Part shown: one piece after another, positions 46,290-56,701 of the stretch | Position numbering within the stretch: position 1 is the first letter of the stretch | Layout: every line of letters begins with the position of its first letter | Assembly: GCA_964432725.1 (NCBI GenBank) | Contig: CAYSOP010000002.1 | Coordinates: forward strand, 44,354 to 108,353 | Origin: an uncultured Candidatus Saccharibacteria bacterium | GTDB lineage: Bacteria; Patescibacteriota; Saccharimonadia; Saccharimonadales; UBA4665 | DNA: 64,000 bases | Direction: 5' to 3' | Translations under genes and position numbers: made by a program | Notes under the pieces: model-generated | Told to the model about the DNA's origin: nothing | The model's input: only the letters and a program-made list of their open reading frames with translations | Databases searched by the model: none

Positions 46290-46926
46290 GGCCGCGCACC
46301 GTCTGGATTATGTCGTCGCCTATTTTTTTGCGCAGGTTGGCTACAAATGTTTCGACTGTATTGTGTTGCACGCGTGCTTCGTCCGACCACACATGGTCGA
46401 GTAGCTGGTCTTTACTAATAACCTCGCGTTTGTAGCGCAGCAGATATTCAAGCAACTGAAACTCTTTTGCGGTTAGATGCACCGGGCGCTCGGCAACGCT
46501 CACTTCTTTGGCAACAACGTCCAGCTTAAGCTTGCCAGATGTGAACACATTACCAGTGCTGGCTTTTGGCCGGCGTAATAGTGCACGCACTCTGGCCAAT
46601 AACTCATCGAATGAAAACGGCTTAGGAAGATAATCGTCGGCGCCAGCGTCTAGGCCATGTACGCGGTCGCCAATAGTAGTACGGGCGGTCAGCATTAATA
46701 TAGGCATTTGCCCGCCGTGCTCGCGCCAGTGTTTAGCAAGCGCCGGGCCATCGTAGCGGCCAGGAATCATCCAGTCCAGTAATACTAGGTCGTATGCCGT
46801 TGCTTCGGCCAACGCGACTGCTGTGTCGCTGTCTTCTGCGGTATCGACAATATAGCCTTCGCTGGTCAGACCCTTTACGAGGCTGCGTGCAATTTTCTCT
46901 TCGTCTTCGACAACCAATAATCTCAT
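46270..46926 (-). CDS. OmpR/PhoB-family response regulator
   Basis: Receiver 'RLLVVEDEE...DLVLLDWMIPG' plus winged helix 'LTAKEFQLLEYLL...TVRGHGY'. Overlaps the kinase gene by 20 nt. Confidence 0.9.
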   Translation of the reverse strand: MRLLVVEDEEKIARSLVKGLTSEGYIVDTAEDSDTAVALAEATAYDLVLLDWMIPGRYDGPALAKHWREHGGQMPILMLTARTTIGDRVHGLDAGADDYLPKPFSFDELLARVRALLRRPKASTGNVFTSGKLKLDVVAKEVSVAERPVHLTAKEFQLLEYLLRYKREVISKDQLLDHVWSDEARVQHNTVETFVANLRKKIGDDIIQTVRGHGYKVI

Positions 46927-47004
46927 ATGTTCTATTATAGCGTTTTCCCTGAAGATATGACGTAGAAAGCGTCGGAGGGCTATCTAGCTCTTTCTGCCTC
47001 CCGC

Positions 47005-47193
47005 TTACTCTTGTGAGCGCCTGCGTAGGTCGCGTACTGCGTCCAGCACTACCTGCCGGGGCACCACAACTATAATCTCGCCGGGTTCGAGCTCTCGATG
47101 CAATGGACCACATTTGGGCCGGACAATAGCAGGGTCTACTTGCGTGCCAATAGCCGCTATAAATTCTGACTCTTCTGCTGAGCTTCCTGCCAT
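47005..47193 (-). CDS. small hypothetical protein (62 aa)
   Basis: Begins 2 nt after the stop of 47196-47417. No motif. Confidence 0.3.
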   Translation of the reverse strand: MAGSSAEESEFIAAIGTQVDPAIVRPKCGPLHRELEPGEIIVVVPRQVVLDAVRDLRRRSQE

Positions 47194-47195
47194 GT

Positions 47196-47417
47196 CTATA
47201 CCTTGTCAGGCATATTAACTTCCGGGGGAACAGATTGCGCTGCGGGAGGCGTTGCCTCTACGGCTTCGCTTATCACCCGCTGTGCCAAATTTCCGAGGTT
47301 TAATGTACGAGCTACTTCCCTTGGCACGACGAACAAATCCGGACACGTACAATTGGTTGCGCTCCTCAGATCGCCCTCACGTCGACTGGGCGGCGTACCT
47401 AAGCGAATTAACTCCAT
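47196..47417 (-). CDS. small hypothetical protein (73 aa)
   Basis: Strong AGGAGG SD 9 nt upstream of the ATG. No motif. Confidence 0.45.
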   Translation of the reverse strand: MELIRLGTPPSRREGDLRSATNCTCPDLFVVPREVARTLNLGNLAQRVISEAVEATPPAAQSVPPEVNMPDKV

Positions 47418-47473
47418 ACAAGCAAGCCTCCTAATAAAATTAGTATAACCCAGCCTGGATAGATTTACAGAAG

Positions 47474-47533
47474 CTAGCCAAGCTCCTTCTTGAAGGCTTC
47501 TATTAACACCACCGGCGCAGGATTAAGGCCGTT
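47474..47533 (-). repeat. direct repeat DR-L: displaced copy of the last 19 codons plus stop of the PGI/PMI gene
   Basis: 58 of 60 nt are identical to 56642-56701. Both differences are synonymous in the PGI/PMI frame. Confidence 0.9.
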
Positions 47534-47733
47534 AATAATCGGGGCACATGCTTACTGAGTAGCCGTATTTAGTGACCGGCTAGTAATTCACAATTGGCCT
47601 ATCTGTTTAGGGCCTGGCCCCTAAAACCCCTGCCGTTCCAGTATTTTCTTGCTGTAGATTACGTAGAAACAAAATTATGCTTGAGGCAATAAAATATAAT
47701 TAGCGCGATAGAATCACATCTTCACTCTCTGGC

Positions 47734-48330
47734 TTAGTTCTGATCTCGCAATTCCCTGTTAGTTCCACTAGAGATATTTGCGAATGGGGTAATTGCTTCA
47801 ACTGTCTTGAGGTGACGTCGACGTATTTGTTCCTTCAGGCTATCAATATTTTTGATGGTTTTTTTCATACTAAAAAACGAAAAAACCATCATCCCTAGAA
47901 TAAAGACACTACAAACGACTAGAATCTTGCTAACCATAGCTCCGTAAAGTATGCCCATAAGGCCTATACCAGTCATTGTCGGTAATGACTTCTTTGATAT
48001 GTATAACTGCAGCTCGGCCTTCTCAATATATGCGGGCATGGCTTTCGCGAGCCTTCGTTCTCTTGGAAGGGTGCCCTTTTTAAAATAATCCAGCAACTTC
48101 CAGTCTTCGTTTGTACGTGCCATTCCTGGCATCTCATTAATTTTTTTCTTCATTATTATACCCATTGGTACGCCAAAACCTATGGTGGCAAATATGAAAA
48201 CCGGCCACAAAAACGGTCCATTGCCTATATTCGCCATGAGGGCACCAAATGGTAAGCCGTTTAATGCGACAGCTACGGGTATAGAGTTAAGAATGTAGTG
48301 TATCTTTTGTCTACGAGTGGCATTAGTCAT
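47734..48330 (-). CDS. polytopic membrane protein (candidate orphan immunity protein)
   Basis: 198 aa with 4 predicted TM helices. AT-rich codon usage unlike the backbone genes. Confidence 0.55.
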   Translation of the reverse strand: MTNATRRQKIHYILNSIPVAVALNGLPFGALMANIGNGPFLWPVFIFATIGFGVPMGIIMKKKINEMPGMARTNEDWKLLDYFKKGTLPRERRLAKAMPAYIEKAELQLYISKKSLPTMTGIGLMGILYGAMVSKILVVCSVFILGMMVFSFFSMKKTIKNIDSLKEQIRRRHLKTVEAITPFANISSGTNRELRDQN

Positions 48331-48458
48331 CGCTGATACTATACCATAAAAATTACATTTAAGCCAGAAGAGCGTAATGACTCACCGCCTTCGCAACATC
48401 CAAAAAGCCGACTGTTCTACACTGTAAGTTACCACAACTAAACAGGAGAACAGCCGGT

Positions 48459-48835
48459 ATGAGCTATTCTAGCCAATCCTTTACTACCAAAGGCGAGAGC
48501 CGAGGCGGTACGCTTCGTGGTCGAGCGTAAGCTACCCGTCTTGGTAGCTGCTCGTAAGAGCGGTATCCACCGCACCACACTCTGGCGCTGGTGTAAGCAG
48601 TGGCAAAAGCTCAACCAGAACGTCCAACTCACCAACGACAACCGGCCAGGACGAGGCACGGCTACTGCCCGGTGTGCCAGTGGCGCCTAGCCGCCTGCTC
48701 TTGGCGTATCCCCACCAGAAGCAGCCGGCCTCGTCGTTGTAAACATGCGGTAAGCGAAGCGGTCGTAGACCGCATCCACTACTACCGCAAGCGGTATGGC
48801 CGCTGCGCGACCATTGTGCATGCCTACTCTAGCCT
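48459..48835 (+). pseudogene. frameshifted and truncated transposase N-terminus (HTH plus IS481/IS3-type linker)
   Basis: AGGAG SD precedes the ATG at 48459. In a +1 frame it reads 'ARAEAVRFVVERKLPVLVAARKSGIHRTTLWRWCKQW', and in the third frame 'PTRSSRPRRCKHAVSEAVVDRIHYYRKRYGRCATIVHAY'. No catalytic domain follows. Confidence 0.6.
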
Positions 48836-49038
48836 GCTTTTTTACCAAAAAGGCGATGAGCCAGAATGGCTTATTAATGAGGCTATTCTTGCACAGTTCC
48901 GATCACGAGAAGAGTATATGAAGTTTGTGAGTGATTATGAAGCGCACAAACTTATACTTGAGGAGCTTAGGCAGGAGTTGGCGGACGTTTAATTGGTAGA
49001 CGACTTATCTATTTTGGGAATGTCCTCGGCGTTCCCTA

Positions 49039-49407
49039 CTAAGGCTTAATGATCAAATCATTCTTTTTAAATAGATAGTAGATAAGTGAAAATGTTATTA
49101 AAAATCCGATTGCACTAAGACACACTATAAATAGAAGTTGCCCCGTGACAGACTCTCCATACTTATCAAGGATGTTTTTTATATCAAAGATTGTCTTCAC
49201 AGCCACCAGCAAAGCCAGAATTTGCGCGATTACGAACCTTTTAGTGCTAAGGAGCGTCTCAAGTTCTTTATATCTCGGACTCTTTTTGTACTTTGCTATT
49301 AGTGCCTTGCGCTTCAATCTAAGGTAAATCGTCCGTGAGATAAATAGCACTAGAGTAAAAAGAATTGTAATCTCAAATAAGAAAGTGAAATTTTCATTAG
49401 GCTGCAT
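49039..49407 (-). CDS. three-TM membrane protein, candidate cognate immunity protein of the RHS toxin
   Basis: 122 aa, AT-rich, beginning 60 nt downstream of the toxin stop on the same strand. Three hydrophobic helices. Confidence 0.5.
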   Translation of the reverse strand: MQPNENFTFLFEITILFTLVLFISRTIYLRLKRKALIAKYKKSPRYKELETLLSTKRFVIAQILALLVAVKTIFDIKNILDKYGESVTGQLLFIVCLSAIGFLITFSLIYYLFKKNDLIIKP

Positions 49408-49467
49408 TTTACGGACTCCTTAATTTATAGTACACATTTTATAAAAATAACGTTATTTTATCAGATA

Positions 49468-52400
49468 TCATAGGTGAAACGGATTAAGTACAGACCATGG
49501 TGCACCGTCAAGATCATCTGCCCTATCTGAGCCTGTCCAGCCGTAGTAAAATCCTAGGCCAAAGCCAACAACCCCTCCTGCTGCCCAGCCAACCCCACCT
49601 GCCGCTATACACCCAGCACCTGCGAAAACCATACCTATACCGCAGCCCGCTGTCCCGAAGACTACTTGACCTGCAGTAGAATAGTTAGACCCGGTATTAA
49701 TCCCATTATATAACCTGAACCAATTGGATGGTCCTGTTGTCGGTGCTGGATTATAGCTATTGGACCCTTTCGGCAATGCGCTCAAATCACCAAGGATAGG
49801 ACTAACGTGCGTCGGTTTTAAAGCCAGTTGCAAAATTATTGCGATCGGTAATGAGGGCGATCTAGGCACTGTTACGGCGCTTCTAACCGCGCCAGGCCCC
49901 TGAATAGTGATCGTATTCGCCACCGGCCTAAAAACAGGCGGATTAGGCTGCATCTGATAGCTATTTATCACTACAATACTGGTCTTGTAACCACTGCTGT
50001 TTATAACGCCAAGCATCCCGCTATAGTCACTCCCATTCACCGGATCAAGTACATACGTATACGCATTCAGTACACCCCCTTCTACTGGGTCTACTTGGGT
50101 GAATCTACCAATACTTGGGAGGTATACTCTTGCACCCATGGATATTGGAGTTAGGGCAAAGGATGTCTCACTCAGTTTGCCAAGTTTACCGGCCCAGGCG
50201 TAGGAACCGCTGGCTGCGGTGTTGCTGGGGTAGGTGGAACCCGTTAGGATGTTACCGAAAGGGTCGTAGGTGAAGGTGTTTGCGGGGCCGTTACCGGTGG
50301 AGGTGTTTGTGCCTGCAGCGTCGGTAGTTATAAGGGTGTGGCCGTTTATACTAGCTAGGCTGTATTGTTTTTGGGCATTGCCGGTTTGGGTTGGCTTAAT
50401 AGTAAGGGATACACCGCCAGGCAACGATATGTTCTTTTCGACTATTGCCCAACTGCTATCGCGGACGTAGTCGGCACTATCGCCACTGCCCGTGTAGTGG
50501 TAAAACCAGCTGCCTGCCCCGGCCCAACTGCCGTTGGTTATAGTGTTCTTGTAGCGGCCAATAACGCGGCCCTGCACATCGCGGTCGTAGTACATGCCAA
50601 CGCCTGTGTTACTGGAGTTGTACTGTTCGTAGCCAGAGTTGCGGTCTGAACTGTCATAGAATAAATGCAGCGGTGTGGTGCCGGTACCAATCTGGGTCAT
50701 GTTGCCGTGGGCGTCGTAGGTTGGGTTGTCGTACAGCGCATTACTGCTATCTATTAACTTGTCGGCATAGTCGTAGCAAAAGTACGTAGTGACGCCGTTT
50801 ATTGTTTGGCTGGTGCGATTGCTGTTTTTACCGGAGTTGGGATTTTTGTTGTTACCGGTGCCGCAGGTAGTTGTATCTTGCGCGCCAAAGCCATATGCAA
50901 AGCTGTTACCGCCAATTGTTGTGCTGGTTAGGCGGTCGATACCGTCGTAACTGTACGTAGACCACAGGTCGCCGCCGGCGCTGGCGACGATGTCGTTCTG
51001 GATACGTCCGGACTGCGTACGGTTTACGGTATTGCTTATTGTTGTGGTGCCGTTGCCCATACGGTATGTCTTAGAGCTAAGCCGGCCCAGGTTATCGCGG
51101 CCATATGTAATCCGCTGCTGGCCAGCACTTGGGTAATCTATGTAGTCGGCACGACTATATGAGTCGTAGTGAACGGTTGCGTAGGTAACCGTGTCTAGTT
51201 TTTGGTCTACTAGCCTGCCGTAGGTGTCGTAGGTAAACGCCTCCGTGCCCATTGGGCTGACGCGTTGAGTTACACGTCCGTAGGTGTCGTAGGTTGTGGT
51301 CGTTTCGTCGTCGTATACATCGCGGTACTTTGTTGTACGGCCCAGTAAATCTTTCCAAACTACAATCCAGCCACTGCCATCCCATGTGGTTGTTACGAGT
51401 GGACTGCCGCCGACAGCGTAGTCGTTTTGAATAGTACGTGCTGCTGCGCCGTTGAACGCAGGAATAGTAGTCTGAGTCACGCGGCCACGAGTATCGTACG
51501 CGGTACATGTCCAGCTATCTGCATTGTAACGGGCAGCCACTACCCTGCCAGCGTCGTCGTAAATGACTTCGCTGGTTCGGCCGGTTTGCGAGCTTGCGCC
51601 GTCTGGATCTGCCTCGGTTTTAGTCTTTACGAATCCGCCCTGTTTGTAAGCTTCGGTCGTACCTGTCGTACAGGGATTGTCTTTGGTGTCGGTAGCGCCA
51701 TAGTAGGCGTAATTTGTCGTACCGCCACCGGGCAAACTTTTGGTGAGTTGGCGAATATAGCTGCCCGTAGCGCCCGGCGTTTCGTAGGTTGCAGATGTGG
51801 TGAGGTTTAGACCTGTAGGATCAGCACTCGTGCTTTGGGCTAAGCCTAATTCTGGGCTGGTGCCATAGTTTGTAGTTACTGTATTGTCGCCTAGCGTCCC
51901 GTCGTACGACTTCGCGGTAGTATTCAAGCCATAGCCAGGCTTTAGCTTAACGCCAAGGGCGTCATCGCCGGTTCCTGGATTAGCGTTAACCGCAGACATA
52001 TACAGCTGAAGTTCTGCGTTTGTATTACTTGCCGACGCGTCGTAATACTCCAGGTAAAACCTGTATGCCTTACCCGCTTCTAGCTGTTTCGAGCCAGCAT
52101 GGCTCCGCCACACGCCATTGTTCCAATCGCCTGCAATAAGCTGGTCGTCTATGTACAGCCGAGCGCCGTCGTCGTGGTAAAGGTGGAAGGTGTAGTTGCC
52201 GGTAGTAGGTACACGTAGCTTGCCGGATGCCCGTAGACCCCAGCCGTCAAAGCCGCTACCGATAGTAACGGGCGGCGTTGTATTCCATGCCTTATGCATC
52301 GTGCCAGGCGACGTGGTATCTATGCCGGTAGTTCGCAGCTTTGGTGCGCCAAACAGCACTTTGTTTGTTGCTTTGTAGTCGAAGTAAGTAACTTCTGGGC

Positions 52401-55400
52401 CTACTATATTTTCGTCGTAGGCACTATCTGCGCGTGGCACTTGTGCGACATATGTCGATGTTGGCTTGCGGTCGGGGCCAAACCAACTTGCGGGTGCTAG
52501 CCCGTAACCTTCTATTGGCCTGTCTTCGTCGTCATAAATTGTGGTCGTTTTAAAACTTGCCGGGTCGGTTACGGAAAGTACCAAATCTTTGTCTGGATTC
52601 CACTCTGTTGCAGTAGTCAGGTTAGTGATGTCGGTATGCTCGACTACGCGTAATAAATTATCGTACTTAATGCGCTGCACAAAACCATTTGGTTCGGTTA
52701 AGCCAACTACGTGTTGTTTTGTAATACCTGCGTAGCCTGGAACATTGTTGCCGCCTGAGTCCACGTACCCCTTAACGCCTGGCAGATATTCTATAGTGTG
52801 TTCCACGCGCGTAGCGGTTGCTGTTGCCCCTGGCTGTTTAACGCTTGTTGCGCGCCCTAAATCATCGTAGGTAAGTTCAGTTTTTACCGTAGCGTCGTTT
52901 GTGCGAACGCCTGCGGCTACTGCATCGTTGGCAAGCGCATCTCGCAACCAATTAAGCCTATAGCCGATGGTTACGCCGCCGCTCTGCACTGCTTCGTAAC
53001 CGTAATCGAACGTCTCGCTCCCCGGCGCAACCATACGCGCCAGCTGCTTATTGGTGTAGTAAAAGTACGTTGCACGTCCATCATTTGTTTTTACCGCACA
53101 GAGTAAGTCTGCGGCAAATATTGCAGTGTCAAAACCGCTTGGTGGCGTGGCGCACTCGGTGCTGCCATAGTAAAACACCTTTGCCCATCGTGTATTATCC
53201 ACTCCGTCAGTAATTTGGCTAATGCGTGCTGGAGTTCCTTCGTAAGTGTAGTTTAGCGCAGCTGGCCTACGGTCATCTTTGGGAGTGGTCAAACTTTTTA
53301 GAGTGCCATCTACGTCAAATATATATGTTCGCCCGTCTTTATCTAGCAATGTATGAGTACCGTCGGTATTGCGAGTAAGCTGGCCGTCTTCATTAGCTGG
53401 TGGTTTATATACGCTACCTGCTGTATAGACATACTCATGGGTCGCACCACTCGCGTCGCTTAACACAGCAGTAGAAGGAGTGACTGTTAAGTGGTCGTAT
53501 GCCGCAGCACCACTAGGGTCGACGCCTAGGTTCCAGCCGTCCGGCATTGATTGCACTCCTGGCGTTAACCACGACCTAGGAACAATCTGCTGTGGCACCG
53601 CACCCTGCACTTTCAGCACAAAGCTAGCCGCTCCGGTGTTGTCATAATACTCGATGGTAATCTTGGTTGGCGTATCTGCCGTCAGAGAGTAAGCCGTACC
53701 GTAGCTTTCGGTCGCACCCCTATCCACCCACTCGTTATATACAACCGTGTTTGAGTTACCGAGCATGATCTTTACGCCGTCATCGCTTTTTACGCCGAAT
53801 GTATAGTTACCGGTGGCCGGCACCTTAACGAATCCGGTCCAACGGACTAAGAAACCGTCAGGACCATTTGGAGTAGGCGCAGCCGTACCCCAATCAAAGT
53901 TAAGGTAAGGATCAGTGCGCTTCATCATAAGCGTATTGCCAGATGAGAACGTATTAGTGCCATCGAACTTACCATAGTAGCTACCCACCAGGCCATAAGG
54001 GTCCTCTACTGGTCGCACGCCCGTCTGCAGCCATTCGGCCGGTATTACCTGCTCTGTTACCGGGCCTTTAACATACAGGTGTACATAGGCTGGTGAAGTG
54101 TGTTCTCTAAATTCAGTTCTAAATTTAATCACCTGCCCTTCTTGCAGTGTTATGGACGACCCGTAGCACACGCCCGTGTAGCATCCACCACTTGTGTATA
54201 GCTGTGTGTCGTTAAGATAAATAGCCATGTAGTCGTCGTGATTACCGCCAAAGTAATACGTGCCAGTAGTTGGCGCAACAAAGTAGCCTTGCCACCTAGC
54301 ATAAAACCAATCGCTGTTTGCTATGCCCGGCGAACCCATTCCCCAGTCAAAATCTACCTTTTGATCTACACGCGTAAGGTCGGGCGTAGCGGTTGGCGCG
54401 CCCCCTGAATAATTAGTAGCTACATTCCAGTACTCGCCCACCAGGCCGTTACGCGACCGCAGCGGCGAATTGTAATCAAGATTTACACCTAAACTGCCGC
54501 CACTTGCCGCCGACGTATGACTTGCAGCACCAGTTGTCACATTGCCTGATGCCAGATCAACACTTACCGGCCCGAGCGTGTCGTAAGTTTGTGTTTTATC
54601 TTTTCCGGTACGCATATCAATCCGGAATGGAACTGAGGCACCCCACCCACTGTAAGTCGCTGTAATAGGGTCGTAGCTGCGCGCCTGAACATAGTACGTC
54701 GCCCCGTCTTGTAACATATGGTCAGGTATAGTCCACTGGGTTGAGTCCAGTAAGCCGGAAGGCACTACTACGCCTGTAGCACTTGACCCACTTGTAACTA
54801 AAATCTCGTACTTAAGCGGCGTACTACCATTGGGGTTATCTACCGTATTAACACTAAACGAGGGTTGTGGATCCACATACACCTGGCCTGACGTAGGCGT
54901 CTTCATGCTAGGCGCAACCGGTGGCCCACCATACGTGAATGTTACATAGCTGGCAGGCGTTTGCTCTGTACCCGGATCAAAATTCTTAAACGAATGGTCG
55001 GTGCCATCGTTGCCGCCAATCATAAGCCAGGCACCGTAGTCGCCAAGTGCTAGCCGTGAACTATAAATATCTGTAACGTCAATATCGCCAGACGACGTTA
55101 CACTGCCCGAGTCATTAAATGCACCGCCGTCCAAACAGTTATAGCTATTCAAGCACGAAGCATGCCCCGCATAAAACGTATGCGTTCCCCAATCGCCAGT
55201 CCAGAAACTCTCATTACTGCGCTGTACTAAATGCAATTTGGCCTGGATTAAGCTAGTACCGCCCACACGAAACTGATCATATGGCGCAAAAAACGCAGAG
55301 CGCCAAGAGCGAAGTGTGGGGCCTGGATCGTACAACGTACCTGCGTAAGGATTACATACGTTGGAATAACAAATATATCCGTCGTTTTTAAATGACATGT

Positions 55401-56550
55401 AATTACCGCCAGCTCGCGTACCAAACCGACTATTAAAGGTCGTCGGGTCGATTACGGCCGGGAATGCTTTAGCTGGCAAACCCTGTAAATAGTCACGAGC
55501 TACGCTTACTGCTACCCTATTCGATGTATGCGACTGGGTAAGTATGCCCGATTGAGTCACCTGGCCAAATTCATTCAAAATTAAGTTTGGTGGGGCGATA
55601 GCAAATTCATTATTAAATACACCCTTCAGTACCAAAGAAGGTGCCAAATACTCACCTAGTGATTGCTTTTCTAAAGTCGCGCCAACAACATCAAATGCTA
55701 TCTGATTAGTTGCTGTTTTATTTTTAAGAATAATGTTCTCTTTAATTGATCCCGTGCCTACCAAGTATTCAACATTAACACCAGGCCATAAGTCGTAATA
55801 ATGCACAATCTGCCGCCCGTCCTCTGTGCGCGTAATGACTGGCGCAACTTCGGAAGCCCCGACAGGCACAAAGCCAACTTGGTCATTTCCCTGCTTTATA
55901 CGCACCATTCCCCGGCTAGAGTCGCTAGGCGAAAACCTTGCCTGCCAATCATTGTCTTTAACCATAAAGTTTGTCGTCGACGATACCCAAGATTGCGCCG
56001 CTCCAAATGCCCTGCCAAATACCGTGCCGGCGTCTCCGGCATTTTTATCTTCTACAAGTAATGTATCGATATCTGTCCACACACCACCCTTTTGGAAAAA
56101 CTTAGGTGCAAAGTACTGCTTTGTAGTGAGCGTACCGTCGGCATTAACCGAAGTTGTAGTGGTGGCAGTCCGCTTATTAGTCAATTCATGGGCTTGTACC
56201 TTTGGCTTTTGCTTAAGCTCGTTCAGGGTCTCACTAGACACTGACCTTTTTCCTATCTGATCTACTGTCGTTGGATTGGTGGGTTGAGCATCGGCTGCAG
56301 CTTGTTCGTTAGACGTTACTATGGGCGTAGCGCCAGGGTAGTTCTGCTGCATAGGTGTTGTCGTATCGGGTGGCGTACCTTTGACGTGCGGATTTATCTT
56401 AACTGCCTGGCTAGCGGCATACGCCGATGCCGGTGGCACCAACATACTGGCTACAAATACAGTCAAAAAAGACAGCGCCAGGATGCGCCGTAGCAGTATG
56501 TTTATTTGGATTTTTATATTTAATGTAAGCCCCGACGGTCTGCGCAGCAT
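49468..56550 (-). CDS. secreted PA14-domain / RHS (YD-repeat) polymorphic toxin, WapA-like, 2360 aa
   Basis: GGGGAG SD. N-terminal TM/signal '[22 protein letters not shown]'. Three PA14 modules (aa ~701-832, 851-985, 1385-1520; for example 'GLVGEYWN...DFDWG...[19 protein letters not shown]'). Many YD repeats ('YTYDxxGR', 'YDxxGR'). RHS core end '[31 protein letters not shown]', followed by a 182-aa C-terminal module. Confidence 0.85.
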   Translation of the reverse strand: MLRRPSGLTLNIKIQINILLRRILALSFLTVFVASMLVPPASAYAASQAVKINPHVKGTPPDTTTPMQQNYPGATPIVTSNEQAAADAQPTNPTTVDQIGKRSVSSETLNELKQKPKVQAHELTNKRTATTTTSVNADGTLTTKQYFAPKFFQKGGVWTDIDTLLVEDKNAGDAGTVFGRAFGAAQSWVSSTTNFMVKDNDWQARFSPSDSSRGMVRIKQGNDQVGFVPVGASEVAPVITRTEDGRQIVHYYDLWPGVNVEYLVGTGSIKENIILKNKTATNQIAFDVVGATLEKQSLGEYLAPSLVLKGVFNNEFAIAPPNLILNEFGQVTQSGILTQSHTSNRVAVSVARDYLQGLPAKAFPAVIDPTTFNSRFGTRAGGNYMSFKNDGYICYSNVCNPYAGTLYDPGPTLRSWRSAFFAPYDQFRVGGTSLIQAKLHLVQRSNESFWTGDWGTHTFYAGHASCLNSYNCLDGGAFNDSGSVTSSGDIDVTDIYSSRLALGDYGAWLMIGGNDGTDHSFKNFDPGTEQTPASYVTFTYGGPPVAPSMKTPTSGQVYVDPQPSFSVNTVDNPNGSTPLKYEILVTSGSSATGVVVPSGLLDSTQWTIPDHMLQDGATYYVQARSYDPITATYSGWGASVPFRIDMRTGKDKTQTYDTLGPVSVDLASGNVTTGAASHTSAASGGSLGVNLDYNSPLRSRNGLVGEYWNVATNYSGGAPTATPDLTRVDQKVDFDWGMGSPGIANSDWFYARWQGYFVAPTTGTYYFGGNHDDYMAIYLNDTQLYTSGGCYTGVCYGSSITLQEGQVIKFRTEFREHTSPAYVHLYVKGPVTEQVIPAEWLQTGVRPVEDPYGLVGSYYGKFDGTNTFSSGNTLMMKRTDPYLNFDWGTAAPTPNGPDGFLVRWTGFVKVPATGNYTFGVKSDDGVKIMLGNSNTVVYNEWVDRGATESYGTAYSLTADTPTKITIEYYDNTGAASFVLKVQGAVPQQIVPRSWLTPGVQSMPDGWNLGVDPSGAAAYDHLTVTPSTAVLSDASGATHEYVYTAGSVYKPPANEDGQLTRNTDGTHTLLDKDGRTYIFDVDGTLKSLTTPKDDRRPAALNYTYEGTPARISQITDGVDNTRWAKVFYYGSTECATPPSGFDTAIFAADLLCAVKTNDGRATYFYYTNKQLARMVAPGSETFDYGYEAVQSGGVTIGYRLNWLRDALANDAVAAGVRTNDATVKTELTYDDLGRATSVKQPGATATATRVEHTIEYLPGVKGYVDSGGNNVPGYAGITKQHVVGLTEPNGFVQRIKYDNLLRVVEHTDITNLTTATEWNPDKDLVLSVTDPASFKTTTIYDDEDRPIEGYGLAPASWFGPDRKPTSTYVAQVPRADSAYDENIVGPEVTYFDYKATNKVLFGAPKLRTTGIDTTSPGTMHKAWNTTPPVTIGSGFDGWGLRASGKLRVPTTGNYTFHLYHDDGARLYIDDQLIAGDWNNGVWRSHAGSKQLEAGKAYRFYLEYYDASASNTNAELQLYMSAVNANPGTGDDALGVKLKPGYGLNTTAKSYDGTLGDNTVTTNYGTSPELGLAQSTSADPTGLNLTTSATYETPGATGSYIRQLTKSLPGGGTTNYAYYGATDTKDNPCTTGTTEAYKQGGFVKTKTEADPDGASSQTGRTSEVIYDDAGRVVAARYNADSWTCTAYDTRGRVTQTTIPAFNGAAARTIQNDYAVGGSPLVTTTWDGSGWIVVWKDLLGRTTKYRDVYDDETTTTYDTYGRVTQRVSPMGTEAFTYDTYGRLVDQKLDTVTYATVHYDSYSRADYIDYPSAGQQRITYGRDNLGRLSSKTYRMGNGTTTISNTVNRTQSGRIQNDIVASAGGDLWSTYSYDGIDRLTSTTIGGNSFAYGFGAQDTTTCGTGNNKNPNSGKNSNRTSQTINGVTTYFCYDYADKLIDSSNALYDNPTYDAHGNMTQIGTGTTPLHLFYDSSDRNSGYEQYNSSNTGVGMYYDRDVQGRVIGRYKNTITNGSWAGAGSWFYHYTGSGDSADYVRDSSWAIVEKNISLPGGVSLTIKPTQTGNAQKQYSLASINGHTLITTDAAGTNTSTGNGPANTFTYDPFGNILTGSTYPSNTAASGSYAWAGKLGKLSETSFALTPISMGARVYLPSIGRFTQVDPVEGGVLNAYTYVLDPVNGSDYSGMLGVINSSGYKTSIVVINSYQMQPNPPVFRPVANTITIQGPGAVRSAVTVPRSPSLPIAIILQLALKPTHVSPILGDLSALPKGSNSYNPAPTTGPSNWFRLYNGINTGSNYSTAGQVVFGTAGCGIGMVFAGAGCIAAGGVGWAAGGVVGFGLGFYYGWTGSDRADDLDGAPWSVLNPFHL

Positions 56551-56606
56551 AGGTACTCCCCTTGTTTACCCGTACTATATCGTAAGGTTTGCTGGGGAAT
56601 CATTAA

Positions 56607-56636
56607 CTATTTATCATATTTGCATATGATAAATAG
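56607..56636. terminator. 13-bp AT-rich perfect palindrome at the island/PGI junction
   Basis: CTATTTATCATAT-TTGC-ATATGATAAATAG, 5 nt downstream of the PGI/PMI stop. It could be a terminator, an operator or a recombination site. Confidence 0.35.
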
Positions 56637-56641
56637 AATGC

Positions 56642-56701
56642 CTAGCCGAGCTCTTTCTTGAAGGCTTCTATTAACACCACCGGCGCAGGATTAAGGCCGT
56701 T
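56642..56701 (-). repeat. direct repeat DR-R (3' end of the PGI/PMI gene)
   Basis: Partner of 47474-47533. Confidence 0.9.

Larger units (their letters stand above)
47534..56641. mobile_element. ~9.1-kb genomic island inserted at the 3' end of the PGI/PMI gene (RHS toxin, immunity candidates, transposase remnant)
   Basis: Bounded by the 60-bp direct repeats. The AT-richer segment at 47.5-49.5 kb carries a decayed transposase. No integrase is visible. Confidence 0.6.

Noticed and set aside
48600-48992. The 130-aa ORF treated as an intact gene.
   Set aside because: Only its middle ('PTRSSRPRR...IVHAY') is transposase-like. The N-terminus is out of frame with the HTH segment, and the C-terminus switches to unrelated AT-rich sequence. 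It is better described as part of a decayed transposase.
47534-56641. An integrase or recombinase within the island.
   Set aside because: None of the island ORFs shows tyrosine or serine recombinase motifs. Only the transposase fragment is present, so the island is called on the basis of its repeats and cargo alone.
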